A stretch of 63,547 bases of DNA, filler included, from Platydemus manokwari (lineage: Eukaryota), in the NCBI GenBank assembly GCA_037951405.1. It is 6 parts of 6 records of this genome, joined end to end, with 100 filler letters (N's around TTAATTAATTAA, not from the genome) between each part and the next. Parts side by side here need not be neighbours in the genome. Positions count along the whole stretch, not along the records: positions 1 to 9,949 come from JBBMOY011171545.1; positions 10,050 to 19,091 come from JBBMOY011308761.1; positions 19,192 to 29,596 come from JBBMOY011136328.1; 3 more parts are not named here. One strand, 5' to 3'. Numbering within the stretch: the first letter of the stretch is position 1; each line of letters begins with the position of its first letter. The notes under the pieces were generated by a model. The model searched no databases and was not told the origin of the DNA. It saw nothing but the letters and a program-made list of their open reading frames with translations. Below, in pieces: positions 1-22,194 of the stretch. The position numbers and the translations under genes are program-made.

Positions 1-870
1 GAGTGGTTTTAATGGAGAAATAAATTAAAAATTTAATTAAGTAATTTAAGAAGAAAATCAGATTTTACAAAATAAATTTTGCAATAGCATTGATGAAAGT
101 TCACCTATTTTGAAGCCTATAAAATTTTATTTTTCACCATCCTCCTGTCTTACTGAAGACTCAAAAAAATAGTTAAAAGAAATGTAAATTTGTTTTGGTG
201 AAAATAGCTATGAATTGTATTGACATAATTAAAAGAATATTTCATAAATACATTCAGATTAACGTGCAACAATGTCGCATTTTTGGTCCAAGATTTTTTA
301 CAGGTTGTCATACGACCTAGAAAAAAATTATTGATATTTGATTACCTTTAGGTCCAAGATATAAATGGATATGAAGTTAAAATGTGATTTCAAAATCCAA
401 ATCGAATAAATATTTAAGAAATATTCAAAAAACAAAGTTCAGAAAGAATTCATGAATAAAGATAATCAAAACCAAACATCTTGAAATGATATATTTATTT
501 TAATAAAATAAAGTAATATATAATATTTATCGTTAAAATATAATCAATTATAATTAATGATTATAAATTTATTATTCTATAATTATATTAACACATGATC
601 AAATGGTGTGATTTTACAAAAATTCAACGTCAGCAAGAAATTAATACCATGCAAGCTGATACATAATCGAGTAGTTGTAATAACTTCACTTCAATGGAGA
701 TTTGGAAAATCATTACCAATGATCTATTGGAATATCATGGAAATGTCGGGCTCACTAATCTCTGAAATCGTTGCTTAATCTGGATTGTGACGAGAGTTGT
801 CAGTGATTAAAATAGTATAAAAACGCATTGGATTCCTTTGAAAATTATCTTAGATTCCCAGTTCATTGAA

Positions 871-9577
<8,707 letters not shown>

Positions 9578-9949
9578 GTAATATATTTGATAATATTTAT
9601 TTATATTTTATTATTTATTTATTTATTATTATTTAATAATTTATAGTTTTTAATCTATTTGTTAAATTAGAAGTATTTACAAAATATTCGTTTATTATTT
9701 CATTTGAAAGCCATAATTTCCAACAATAACTTACAAAGATTTTCCGAAAACATTGAAAGAAAAATCGATGAAAATTCATTTAGGCTAAAGATATAAGAAG
9801 GGGTCCTAAAATAAAAATTTGAATTTGTTCAGTGAATTGCAATAATTTATGTAATTAGATTTAAAACATTCTGAAATTTTGATTCAAGTACTTAAGAAGA
9901 ATTTTAGTTGTTTGAAATAAAATATTAAACAGATTAGGGCTTCAAAATC

Positions 9950-10049
9950 NNNNNNNNNNNNNNNNNNNNNNNNNNNNNNNNNNNNNNNNNNNNTTAATTA
10001 ATTAANNNNNNNNNNNNNNNNNNNNNNNNNNNNNNNNNNNNNNNNNNNN
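9950..10049. other. Artificial contig linker N44-TTAATTAATTAA-N44
   Basis: Exactly 100 bp; the core has stop codons in all six frames; the identical linker occurs five times in the window. Confidence 0.99.
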
Positions 10050-10095
10050 GAATATCTCAGTAAATATAGAGAATTCTATAAATAGTATAATTATA

Positions 10096-10772
10096 TATAG
10101 GATAAGAAAAAAAGTCTTGTCCGACAGAAAATAATATTTATTTAACCAATAAAGACAATATGTAAATAGTAAATATAAGCTAAACATAACTGCATTATTA
10201 AATCCTTTTTTAAATGTATAATTTCTATCTTATAATTAAATAATTGTTTCAGATAGCTATCATGAAAAACAATATTATTGTGCTGCCCATGAAGGAGTTT
10301 AATCGAAGCGACTTGAAAAAGCTGTCGTAATTTTTGTGGAAAGATGGAATGAATGCGCCAGCACAATTGAGAAGAAGATTAACTCCGTGCTTGGTACCGA
10401 TCATGTGTCAGCGACAAACTGCCAGTGAATAATTGTATAATTCATAGTTGGTAATTTCGTCGTTAATGGTGAAAAGAAGTTGGCCACTATTGGTTATAGA
10501 TGATATAGAAATCAAAGAGTTTCTGACGCACGACAAATATGCTACATCTCATAATATAGCAGATGGGCTGTTTCACACAACAGTATGAAAACGACATAAA
10601 ACAATTTCCAGAACGCTGGCAAATGTATGTGGACCTTAAAGGTGACTATTTTCAACATTTCAGATTTACAGAATATTGATGTTTTGTTTATATTTCTCAA
10701 TTTACATATTTTCTTTATTGGTTAAATAAATATTATTTTCTATCGGACAAAACTTTCATCCCAATGCTATAT
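10096..10772 (+). mobile_element. Internally deleted mariner element with about 95-bp inverted repeats (copy 1)
   Basis: About 10096-10190 is an inverted repeat of about 10678-10772 (AAAGT(C/T)TTGTCCGA(C/T)AGAAAATAATATTTATTTAACCAATAAAG...). The interior encodes mariner remnants: KKINSVLGTDHVSATNCQ (HTH region) and PERWQMYVDLKGDYFQ (C-terminus). Confidence 0.85.
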
Positions 10773-11084
10773 ATAATGCTTCTCTCCACATTATATTTTG
10801 GGCATTATTCAGTTAACTCTTACTTATTTAAAAGTAAATAAATATGGGGCTTTATTGAACCCTATATTAGATGGGCTATTATTGTGACCGATCACTATTA
10901 TTTTCATACATATTCATATTAATTTTTAAATATCAAGAACTGTTCAGATTCTATTTTCTGATAAAAGACAAATAAATTAATCCAATAACCATATTTATTA
11001 GCAAGAATTGATTCAATCTTTCAGTATTTTTAAAATCGATATTTTCAATTCGGAAATATATTTTAAACCAATGAAACATGCTAC

Positions 11085-11490
11085 TGTGATAAAATGTGAT
11101 CAGAAATTTTCAATTCAAAATTAATGGGTTTATCGATTCGCACAAATATTTTTTCAGGTTGGTAATACTAGTTAAAATCAGTGTTAAACTTTACTCGAAT
11201 ATCTTCATTGGTTAAAAAGTTAAGCTTGTCATAATTAAAACAATTTGTTTTTCTATTTTTACAATCTGTGATTTTGTTGACCAAAGAAGTTGCATTAAAT
11301 TTTGTTTCCGTCATGAAGAGCATCATTACGATAGATGATTTTAGATTTATATCTACGACATAGAAACAATCCACCAATCGAGTTAATATCGTGCTAAAAA
11401 TGATTCAAGACCGAAAAAATGAAGTCAAAATCTCTGGAAAACCAAGGTTATGATAACAGATTCCTGCAATTATGGCGGGGTGTCCACAAA
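11085..11490 (+). mobile_element. Degenerate mariner transposase fragment (second mariner family)
   Basis: Remnant peptides DQRSCIKFCFR, SIITIDD, YDIETIHQSS, RPKK and KTKVMIT match mariner N-terminal and ITGDETW..YD.ETK.QS..KVML motifs, with stops and frameshifts. Confidence 0.6.
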
Positions 11491-12624
11491 AACTCAACAA
11501 AAGCCATTTCAATCGAAACGAAATCAAAATAATATTACAGATACACACAATCACCAAACAGAGATCAATCAATTATAATAACGAATTCCATTGGGAAAAT
11601 TTCTGAAGATTAAAATTCTTAAAACTTTTCTCTTCAATATACGACATTAAAAGCATTATTCATTGTTCAGATAAACCAAACAACTACAACAAAATATTGA
11701 CAAGGGAAAAATTTTAATTCACGAAATGATATAATATTGAATGTTATTTGGAGAATTTCCAGATCTTATTTCAAGAGAATCACTTGAGCTCCATTCAAAT
11801 CTGTTCTATCATAGTTACAATTAATATTGAAATCAAAGGATTTAGTATGATTGAATGAAATTATGGGTCTTTTGAAATACAGGTTTGGTAGCGTAAACAA
11901 CTTGGTATAGATAAAAATTAGAATTTTGAAGCAAAGAAAGAAAATAAAAGTTTATGCTAAGATATCATTTTCAAGAAACGATGGACATAAAGACATTACT
12001 TTTATGCAATAAAAAGAACTCTTTAATTCAAGGGTATTTAGTTTCGAAAGAATATTGATTTTAGAAACATTGTTGACTCACTAGTTTTTTGATGAATTCA
12101 TGGTCAAATATTAAATTGAAGAATACATCAACATAATGCACGAAATTAATTACGATTAATTGATTTTCTATTTCTATATCCAGTTTGATCTGAAAAATAT
12201 CCTATTTGATAATAATTTATATGATCCTTTTCCTCACGATATCGATCAATAAACAATCAAATTAAATATCACAACATGATCAACTTCATAAACATGGTTA
12301 AAGGTTTTATTTTCTTTCAATTTCAAAAGTTCATGGTCAATTTATTCACCAACTTTTTTTCTATTATTTGCGATGTATCGGAATAATTTCCATTTGGATA
12401 GAGAAAATAATCAATCCCTTTAATTTTTTATTACAAATTTTGTAATGAATAAATGTGCATTAAAATCGAAATTCAATACATTAGAATTGTTTATCAATAA
12501 TGAAAGAAATAATGATTTGCGAATTTTAAAAATTATATTAACATTAACATGCATATATGTGTGTAGTAAGAGCGACAGCATACACCAGTAAGGTGAATAT
12601 TGACCAAAATAATAAATTTCCAAA

Positions 12625-15600
12625 CTAACATGACACTGGTCGGCCAGCAACATTCACATGGTATTGAGACGATGCCTGAGCCACTTCTTTCATTGCTTCT
12701 TCATCGGTTACATTTCCAGCTTGTAGTCGTCGCACGTAATTTACCGGAAACAGACCCTCTTGAGAAGTTGATAAATTACGACCCATCCACCATTCTGGTT
12801 CATTTTTATCGATCAAAACGAGAATAACGTTTTTATCGAAACTCAATTCATCCACATTTTGAGCAGCATAATTGTACATTGTGATCAAATGATCTCCCGG
12901 TTGAGAATCATTAAGTTCAATAACACTGTTTAGAGATGAAGTATCATTGTTTGTCCAATTCGACATAGGTGTTGGAGTTGTGCAAGCAGGTGGTGTTAAA
13001 CTACCATCATTGTACATGGAATCAGAAACTAAAAAATGTAAAAAAATAACATAATACTGACTAAAATTAGTGTTTACATACGTTTGGCTTATAGATTTTA
13101 ACAGAATATAATGCTCAACATTAAATTATTGCAATTTATTCAAAAAAGAATTTTTAAGTGCGATAATTGGTTAAGAGTTGAGGAAAGGAAGTACTGAGAA
13201 TAGCACATTTAATAAGTTATTTAGATATAGTGACGAGATAAATCTATTTGTTTGTTATGAGATTCTGCAACAGAACGCATTCATTGATTATATCATTTTT
13301 TTATTGGAAACTTAATTTTACAATGATGATGACTAACTCTTGAATTTAATTATGTTTTTCTGGATTTCATCATGAAATCATGTCGTATGAACTTGATGAT
13401 TTTTCGGGAAAAACATTTTGATCAAAATCGATCATTTAATTGTTTTATATCCGGCAATAATTTCCATGTAGGAACAAATGGCAAGATTGCGAATCATCAT
13501 CTATTGCTTAGATAAAGATTTACAAATCTTTAGTAAGATTTAAGGATCAAGAAAGGATGAAACAAGGATTTAAAAGACAAATAAAAGTTTGTTGTTTTGA
13601 TAACGAAATGTTTCGGAAGATTAATATTAAAAATCTCGAAACTATTAAGATGAAACTAAGTAGATGAAATTTAAATATCAAAAACATCTGAATGAAATAG
13701 AATACCAAAGATTTAAATATTAAAATGATATCTATGGGGTGTGACAAAAGTGACGTAAAATCTTTGAACGATTATTTTATGACTCCGATTATACTTTTAA
13801 ATATCATTCAATATCTATAATTGATTTAAATTTTAAATTTGCTTTATCGATTCATCGTTTGTGTTAAGCATAAATTGGATTCAAAAACAAAAGTTTGGTG
13901 TATATTTCATCGATATTGGAGAACAGACTATCAACCGAAGAAAGAATGAAGGCCATGAAATACTTTTACAAGTTCAGCAATTACATTAATATCGCAAAGC
14001 AATTAAATACAAAATTACATAGAGACAATTCAACCATCAACAAATCAAAGAGTCGTAAAGAAATCGGAAAACACTGCCTCTGGACTGTGCTGAAGGAGGT
14101 TAATGCCAATATTCAAATATAAACCGATGTCACGTTTTTGTTGTGTTTAAATAAAAACTTAGTGTTTTACATGTATATTTTATTTGAATTTCAGATTTTT
14201 GCGTTACTTTTGTCACATCCTGTATACTACGATTTAGAATCATTCAATCAAACATTAAAGAAAATTCTGATTTTCAATAGAAAGTAAAGATTTTATTTAT
14301 TATTAAAATCTCAAAATAATGATTATTCAACAAGAAACCTTCCATGAAACAGAAAATATTAGCACATTAGGATCAATAGATCAAATAGGGAAAGTATTTT
14401 GCCGAGAGTCAAATTAACCTGATATTAGAAATTGCATTAGTTAAAGACCCATTTTTGTTAGAATTATATTGCAATTGTTTGCATCCAACAAAAACACAGA
14501 TCAATATAATAAACGCAATCTATCTTATCAACTTAAAAAGAAATACTTTTATTTGAAAAATTTATCTTGTACAACTTTTATGAAAAAAGTTTAAAATTTA
14601 AAAATCACAAAATATTGTTTATTAAAATACTAGTATTCGTTTTAATGTGATAGATACGTTTCCCAAAACCTCACCTAAAACCATAACTTCAAATATTGAA
14701 TATAAGGATACTTTTCCAAACTTGATAAAATATTATAAAGCGAAATTTATCGAAAGACTTTTTAAGTGATATTTGGCAAGAGATTTCTACAGATTCACTG
14801 TTATTCATATCAACTGGAAAGATTAACGAAATATCGCTAGTATTTAAATATCTTAACAATATCTTGAAAAACCCAATACCAAAGCATATATAATTTCTGA
14901 AGTCAATTTTAAACAAACAAGCGTGAATCATCATATTCCGATAATATTTTGTTTCCAGCAATCAGATTTTCGACGATTTTTTCTATCCATACTTTTTCAA
15001 AATCCCACATCAAAATAATTTTCGAAAATATTAAAGCACACCCCACTCCATAAAACAAGTATCCCGTGTTTTTCTAAATGTTTTGATGAACATTTTAATA
15101 TTATTCAACGAATAATGTATGGCAATTGAATAGAGAAAAATAATTATTACGAGTTGTAATATTATTACTATTATAATTGCAAAAATCATGATAACTCTAC
15201 GGCTTATAATAATAAAAAATATAATGATAACAAATGCCACTCACCAATGGATTGAGAAGAATTGATAATGTTGACATACTGACCAGGAAACCATCCAATG
15301 CGACGCTGTTGTCCTCGTTGCTAATTAATGAATATCAATAAAAATGAGAGTAGAGATTAATGAGAAAAATTATTGATTGAATAATTTGATGATTGGATAC
15401 AAAATTGATGAGAAATCAATTTGAAAAATGATAAATGTAAAAAGAAATGACACAGACAAAAATCAAAATCAAATAATATGTGCACCACAAAACACTCCAT
15501 GTATATGCCAATGCAAAAATCTATCCAGTTGTGATAAATGATGATGATTAATAAATATAGCCATATTGACTGATAAATAAATAAGCGCAATGGCAAAATA

Positions 15601-18433
15601 TGATTTTTGATTTTTGTTTAAAATTTATCATCGATTTAATTATTGGATACCGTGTATTTTATCTGAGGATATTTTAATTTCAAAACAACTTCGGTAGAAC
15701 ATTAGAACGTCAAGTGAGAATAAAATCAATGATAATTTCTAGTAAAGTAGATTTAAGATTCGAATCAATGAACGAAATGATGATAATAAAATGAAAATAT
15801 TTTCACAAAATAAATAACAATTCATTGTTTATAATTTTTGTGTGATTTTTATATAATATAAGATTGGAACGAAAGTCTGATAGAAAATAATATTTATTTA
15901 ACCAATAAAGAAAATATGTAAGTTGAGAAATGTAAGCAAATCATCAATAGGCTGTAAATGAAAAAAATTTAATTTTTGATAGTGAGGAAACAGTTTTGAA
16001 AAGATCCATTGCCTAGACGTTAACACTCGACCGCATACAGCACGTTTAACTCAAAATAAGCTCGCTGAGATCAGTTTTACGCTAATACCACATGCAACAT
16101 ACAACCTTCAGACAATTAGTTGTTTTTTTTCTATGAAAAACTCACTTGGTGGGAAAACGCATCACTCCACTTGACTTGAAAAAGTGGTTTTCTTCTAAAC
16201 CATTGGAATTCCATGAAAACGGCATAAAACAACTTACAGAATGCTGGCAAATGTGTGTGGACATTAAAGGTGACTATTTTCAACGTTTCGAATTTACAGA
16301 CGAATGGCTTTTTATTTATATTTCTCAATTTACATATTTTCTTCATTGATTAAATAAATATTATTGGCTATCGGATACGACTTTAGTTCCAATTCAATAT
16401 TAATAATTTCTTATACTGCCTATAAGTAGGCTTAAACTTTTTATTATTATCAATCAATATAATCGCTGAAATATTGTTTTATTGAATAAAACCACTTTGA
16501 ATTTGTAAAATTTTTTGAAAAAACACCGTTTTGTGTATAAATCGATGTCCACAAAGAGTTTAAATCAACATATTAATCTACCTTATTTGAATCAGAAATC
16601 AAAGAGTTTTATCATAGATTTGAAGAGCGATAAAAGCCTCAATCCTTATTTTTAATTAAAATAATTAGAAAAAATAATAAACATTTTAATAAATCTGATT
16701 TTGGTCATTTTGGACTGCTTATACATATTTGTCCCCCAATAAAATGATTATCGAAGAATAATAGATATATAAAAATCTACCAGTATTGTAAGACAGATAA
16801 GCAATTCAACAAAAAAGATATTGAAAGTTTGTAGAAAGGTTTGATGTTTCAGATTTGGATACCAATTAAAACAAAATTGGGATGAGCTTTTAAAAACAAA
16901 TGGTAAAAGTTTATGAAAAACGCTTAAGACTTGATGGAATGTTTGGCATAAAAAATTCAGTTCTAAATAAACAAAAAATAAATCATAGTCAAATTTTATT
17001 TATTCAAATGTTTTACCAAAAATCATTGATTCATTAACATCTGAACATAATGCATTACAATCCTATTTTTTATATAAATTATTTTACTACCCAGACTTTT
17101 ATGGAAATTTAAGAAAAGGGTCATGAGAAAAAAACGTCAAAGGAAAAATTATAAATAAATATAACTGAAATCCTATACATAAATCTAGATTTAACAAAAT
17201 CCCAAAGTGGCAGTGTCATTTGAGGAATTTCTCGCTAACAGGCTCTTAACTATTAGTTACCATTAATAGTAATAATGTTACGTATTTAAAACGAGAATGT
17301 GAATATGGGTATGAGAAAAATTCTCAATTCAGTACGGAATTAAAACTCCTACGATCGACTTTGGGTCAAAGAAAATTGGACTGACAATTCTAAACATCGA
17401 TAACCAGAAATAGATTCACTTTAGGCCAATATTTAATAATAATTACATTGTGTCGATATTAGTTTGAAAAGTTTATACTAAAATATTTTTGATATTCTGA
17501 TAATAACAACCGCCAACCCAATCCAGCTCCATCTTTGTTAGTAAAATTATGAATCACAATAAAAGCTCAAAACAAGGTTTTCACTTGTATGTCAAGGAAT
17601 TTCGTACTCTCGTTTTCTTAAATGGAGAAAGTATCAACCCCATAAAGAATGTCACTTATCAGAAGATCTGCTTCTAAAACGATTATCAATTTAACATAAA
17701 TTTTTTAATTCTTTGTTAAAACGGTCTTCATTTAGTTAGATTCGAAAAATTATTTTACAACACAATTTTTTATTTAGAAAACCTTCAAAAATATTGGCGT
17801 CGTATTAGTGTGTAAAATCTTACATTTTCAATAAATTTCTAATGTTGAATCCATTTATACACTAACTTGGATTTCGTCAAAACTTGCTTTATTTTATAAT
17901 TTATTGATATAATACACACTTGTTGGTAACTATTCAGAAAATAAATAAAATTTCATTACAGATAGACTTTTTATTCGTTAATCTGATTTGATTATTTTAA
18001 GAGTTATTTTTTGAGTAGTACACATTCATAGAAATTTTAATCGAATCTAGCGATAAGAAACTACTTATTTCACTGACACTTCCAGGTAAGAAATAATACA
18101 CCCAAACCCAATATCGACTTTCAAAATTTGCGTATTCGTGAAATATTTATTTTTAAGGTATATAAAATCATTTTCAAATGTTATGGATAGGACATGTTAA
18201 GATCAAACATGAATATCACGACCTACCTGTATTTCGCCCTTCCACCACCCACTTGCTGATTTTTCTGTAACTTGAACTAGCTGTCCGACTTGAAGAGGTA
18301 TTTGTTCGGCACTTGAAGCAGTAAATTCGATGACGACTTGAGCGATTTCTGGTGTTGATGAACCGTTAGTAGTCGTCTGATTTGTAGATTGTGGAAAGTA
18401 TAAAGTTGAATTATTATCGCCTTCAGAGATTGT
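12625..18433 (-). CDS. ITSN: Intersectin (short form/Dap160-like), last three exons: SH3D, linker, SH3E; 5' part lies off the contig
   Basis: Exons 18433-18227 (PEIAQVVIEFTASSAEQIPLQVGQLVQVTEKSASGWWKGEIQ), 15320-15245 (QRGQQRRIGWFPGQYV) and 13028-12625 (MYNYAAQNVDELSF..EWWMG..EGLFPVNYV, stop) splice in compatible phases (0 and 1). PEIAQV..GWW.GE.Q.RG..R.IGWFP..YV is the characteristic intersectin SH3D sequence. Confidence 0.9.
13735..14222 (+). mobile_element. Internally deleted Tc1/mariner-superfamily element
   Basis: Imperfect inverted termini TGGGGTGTGACAAAAGTGACGTAAAATCT and AGATTTTTGCGTTACTTTTGTCACATCCTG, each flanked by TA. The internal ORF 13895-14122 resembles a transposase N-terminal HTH region (RLSTEERMKAMKYFYKF). 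Lies in an intersectin intron. Confidence 0.7.
15856..16402 (+). mobile_element. Internally deleted mariner element with long inverted repeats (copy 2 of the 10096-10772 family)
   Basis: Same roughly 90-bp inverted arms. The interior encodes NTRPHTARLTQNKLAEISFTLIPH (DNARPH / HPPYSPDL region) and KKWFSSKPLEFHENGIKQLTECWQMCVDIKGDYFQ (mariner C-terminus). Confidence 0.88.
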
Positions 18434-18641
18434 CTAAAATAGAAACAAAGTGTTTCTAAAATACTCATAATTCCAACATTTCTGGGATAAATAAACAAAA
18501 AATGATGCTGTAAATAATTTTTCAGTAAACATATAGCATTTATCACAAATTGTATTTACTGAGCTATCGAAATCGGTTGACATCGATTTGCTTAATATCA
18601 CACAAATCATAAATTTTCCCATCGTTTACTATAGATTACTA

Positions 18642-18821
18642 CAGTCTTCCTCCTAGCCACCACTTTTGAGGAATTGGAAAAATGTTGCGGTTAAGAGACG
18701 TTTTTTTAAGAAAGATAATAAAGACGAACAATCAAATGAACTTTTTAATTTTTTTATAATTTTTAAACTCCCTAAAAATGTGGCGGTTAAGAGAAATTGG
18801 TGGTTAGGAAGAGGAATACTG
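18642..18821. mobile_element. 180-bp MITE, pogo/Tigger-like
   Basis: Starts CAGTCTTCCTCCTAGCCACCA, ends TGGTGGTTAGGAAGAGGAATACTG, with TA on both flanks. Internal subterminal repeat AAAAATGT(T/G)GCGGTTAAGAGA occurs twice. Confidence 0.7.
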
Positions 18822-19091
18822 TAGTAATTTACTTCTTCTGATTAAAGTCATTAAATATAAGTAAAATATCTTTAAAATTTCCCTGTCCAGTTAAACTTAT
18901 AGCGACTGGTGATAAAAACCATTTAACCAATGAAAATAACGAATTAATTTATATGATTATTGTCGTAAAGCCCGTAAATATTAAAAGAAGACGCAATAAC
19001 TATTGTTTAATTATTTCAAAATTCTTTAAAAATTATTGATTAAACAAATAAAAATCTTCTATATTAATGTCAAAGTATTTATTGATTTTAT

Positions 19092-19191
19092 NNNNNNNNN
19101 NNNNNNNNNNNNNNNNNNNNNNNNNNNNNNNNNNNTTAATTAATTAANNNNNNNNNNNNNNNNNNNNNNNNNNNNNNNNNNNNNNNNNNNN
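19092..19191. other. Artificial contig linker
   Basis: N44-TTAATTAATTAA-N44. Confidence 0.99.
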
Positions 19192-19849
19192 TTTTAAATT
19201 ATTTCATATATAATATTCAGTTAATTCGTTTAAGAATTAAATTATTCCTAAAGTTTGAATTGTTCCCATTTAGATTTTCAAATGATAATTTATATTTATT
19301 TTTAATAATGTTATGCAAATATGAATGACATTTGAGTTTTAATTTTATATTAACAATAATTTCCGTTTGTTTATATGATAATCGCCATGGAAATTCTACA
19401 TTTTTTTCATTTGAGTAGTAATAACGTCGAATTTTAAATTCTAAATTTAAACAACATTTTTGAAATACACCTAATGAATAATGAAAGATAAAACTGATTT
19501 TCATGAGCGACATAATATTTGGAATAATAATTGAGAAAGATTACCGAATATTATCAATGGTTCGAAATTTCCCTAAGATGGTAATTATTATTTCTATTAA
19601 ATTACAATTGGTAACAGAATTTTAATGTGAAATTAATTTGTTTTGAGTTTATTTTAAGATTTGTTAATGGAATATGTGTCAATATCATAATAGTCTTGAT
19701 GTAATTTAATTATATTTAGCATTTATCAAATTATTAAATATATTTAAATTGTTTCTATTCATTGCTGTTCTGCCATTTAATTGAATGGGAAACTATTTTA
19801 TTTACTTATATGATTAAATTTTCACATTTTTTTCGTTTTTCACTGTTTC

Positions 19850-20930
19850 CTCTCTTTTGCATTCCAAACCATTTAACAGGTATATTATGTCCAAATATCG
19901 ATCTCATTCTACATTCAAAATCATCACAGCTATTCTATCCAGTCCATTATATCAACCGATTACGTCATTCCTAGCACAACTTTTATATTATTTGGTTTTT
20001 TATCCGATTATTATTTGTCTCCATCTCGATATTTTATAATGCTCCTTTTATTGACCAATGTTTCTCCTCATCCCTTTTAATATCTTTTAGTGTTTCATCA
20101 CAGTTGTCATGAGATTGGCTTGTCAAATCATTGATAGTTCCTGTTAGCATCTGGCTTTTTGACTTGATTTTGAGATATGTCACTGAATCATCCCTCGATA
20201 TTTCTCCTCTCTTCTGGAGGCAAGTCATCTTGAATCTTAGTATATTTTGGCATCCATTGTCCAGTGTTTTGGTCAAAATTGCGTTTGATATCTAGGAGAA
20301 TCTTCTCTTTCGAGATATCTTTTCGGTAGGGATTTTCGCCATTCATTTCTGTCTTTCAATTTCAAATAATTGGGAGTTGTTTTCAAATATTTTTCTCTTT
20401 TAAAGCGGATAATTTTGAATAATATTCGATTTTCTTACACAGCTATAAATTGTGTGACATGATGACCCATTTCTAGAGATGGTTTGCTTGGTTTTAGAAT
20501 AAAATTAGGCTGATTTTTTAGTTGGTTTGCCTTGTGCCTTTGTGATCGAAAAAAATGTCTGCAAGAATAATCTTGATGTCGAATAATGTTTTCAAAAGAT
20601 TTTAATGGATCTAATTCGCTTCATTAATATCCTGCTGTCAATGACTTCGTAGAAGTCTTTTATTAAAGAGAAAAAAATAAGATCAAATTTCTTCTTTCTT
20701 TGTTTTAGGATATGCCACAATCAAAATTCCTAAACCTTATTTTAAAAAGATTTCCCCTTTAAAATTTCTCGCATAGAATTAACTTTAGATTGTGAGATTC
20801 TGAAATTCTTAGATGCCTCTCGTATGGAGAAAAAATCAGCCGTCTCATTCAGAACAATAACAACTACACCAATTTTATTGTCATTGTTAATGATAAGATT
20901 TTTCATAGGGGAAGATGTAATCACGATATG
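19850..20930 (-). mobile_element. Possible decayed DNA-transposon coding region
   Basis: Collinear broken minus-strand ORFs (20742-20924, 20034-20276); the first carries an HTH-like SIREASKNFRISQSKV. No catalytic motif recognised. Confidence 0.25.
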
Positions 20931-21665
20931 AGAGGTTAATTGGTTAGTGACAGTTGCGCAATCACTAATGACATTTATGAATCTCCCTTACAGTTATAAT
21001 CACCATGACGGAATTGTCTTGAGTTTTTCGCCTATTCTTCACGTTAATTCATATTTGTCGATTGATTTGTAATTATGGAATTGAATGGACACACACACTC
21101 ACTAACTATAATTGGTTTTCAAAGAAAATTTTGAATTTTCAATGCTGATTGATTTTACGATGATGCAACGAACGCCATTGTTAAATATTCAATGCATTCT
21201 TGCAGGGTTTTATTTGGGCATTGTTTGCAGTTGCACAGTCTGTGTTTCGCATTCATAGCGATAAAATATATGATTCTGTATTAATGGACATGTTATCAAA
21301 TGTGTTCTCGTAAATATCGATTTTTATTAATTCGCACGGGATATCTGAAAATTAGTAACAAAAATTTATAATTTATGTTTTTATAAAATAATTATTTAAT
21401 TATGTTAATAATATAAATAATAATTATATTGATAACATAATTAATAATTATATTAATATAATAATAATCATCAGTATTTCAATGGCTTTAACCTCACAAA
21501 CGTATCTGTTACGTAATCGGATATCGTGTCATGGACCGAGAACGAAAATCTTATCGAATAAGGTTATTAATGCACGCTTATCTGAATGAGATTGAAGCGA
21601 AATTTTATGGATTAATAATTGGAGCGGCATTTGTTTACAAAGCAATGCACTGATATAGCAAGCAT

Positions 21666-21673
21666 TATATAAA
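21666..21673 (+). promoter_or_regulatory. Putative TATA box of the Cys-rich protein gene A
   Basis: TATATAAA about 50 bp upstream of the ATG at 21720. The AT-rich background weakens this. Confidence 0.35.
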
Positions 21674-21719
21674 TGTCATGCTATCGGAGTTGAGGTTAAA
21701 GTGTTGAAACATTTTTATA

Positions 21720-22194
21720 ATGAAATTATCAACAATTCTCATAATTTTTCAGTAAGATTTGTAAAATCGATCGTTATCGATATTGATTTGTGCATATTTA
21801 TTTGACTAGGATGATCTATCTGAACGCAACATTCGCTCAACAACAACAACCGAGCACATTTAATCGATGTCCATTTTATTCGTTGACGAATTGCCAATGG
21901 TGTTCTCAATTCTATCCCGATCCGAACCAATGCGATTTGTGTGTGCATCAGAATAACAACTGTTGCTTCGATACGAGAATTCCATCGGTTGCCAACCCCA
22001 GCTTATCAATATGCCAAAGACAGAGAGCTTGTACTTTTATCAGCTTATCGAGATGTGCAAATTGTCGATCACTGGGATTCGGGTGTGTCAATTGTGTTCT
22101 CAATCCACAAAACTGTTGTGTCAATCCACTGAATACAGCAAATAATCTCGTTGCTTCCAGATTTTGCAATGTTTTTACCATTCAACGGCAATAA
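21720..22194 (+). CDS. Small secreted cysteine-rich protein A (138 aa, two 8-Cys modules), unknown family
   Basis: Exons 21720-21751 and 21810-22194 (58-nt GTAAG..TAG intron) give signal peptide MKLSTILIIFQMIYLNATFA, followed by two C-x7-C-x2-C-x(6-9)-C-x2-C-x6-CC-x15-C units. Confidence 0.85.

Noticed and set aside
9994-10005. TTAATTAATTAA as a biological motif, and ORFs running through N blocks (10002-10187; the C-terminal end of 29641-30186)
   Set aside because: It is an artificial linker repeated identically five times between N44 blocks.
21739-22181. Overlapping ORFs 21739-21948, 21941-22132, 21948-22181 and 21963-22145
   Set aside because: Shadow frames of the GC-richer Cys-rich exon, with no independent features.
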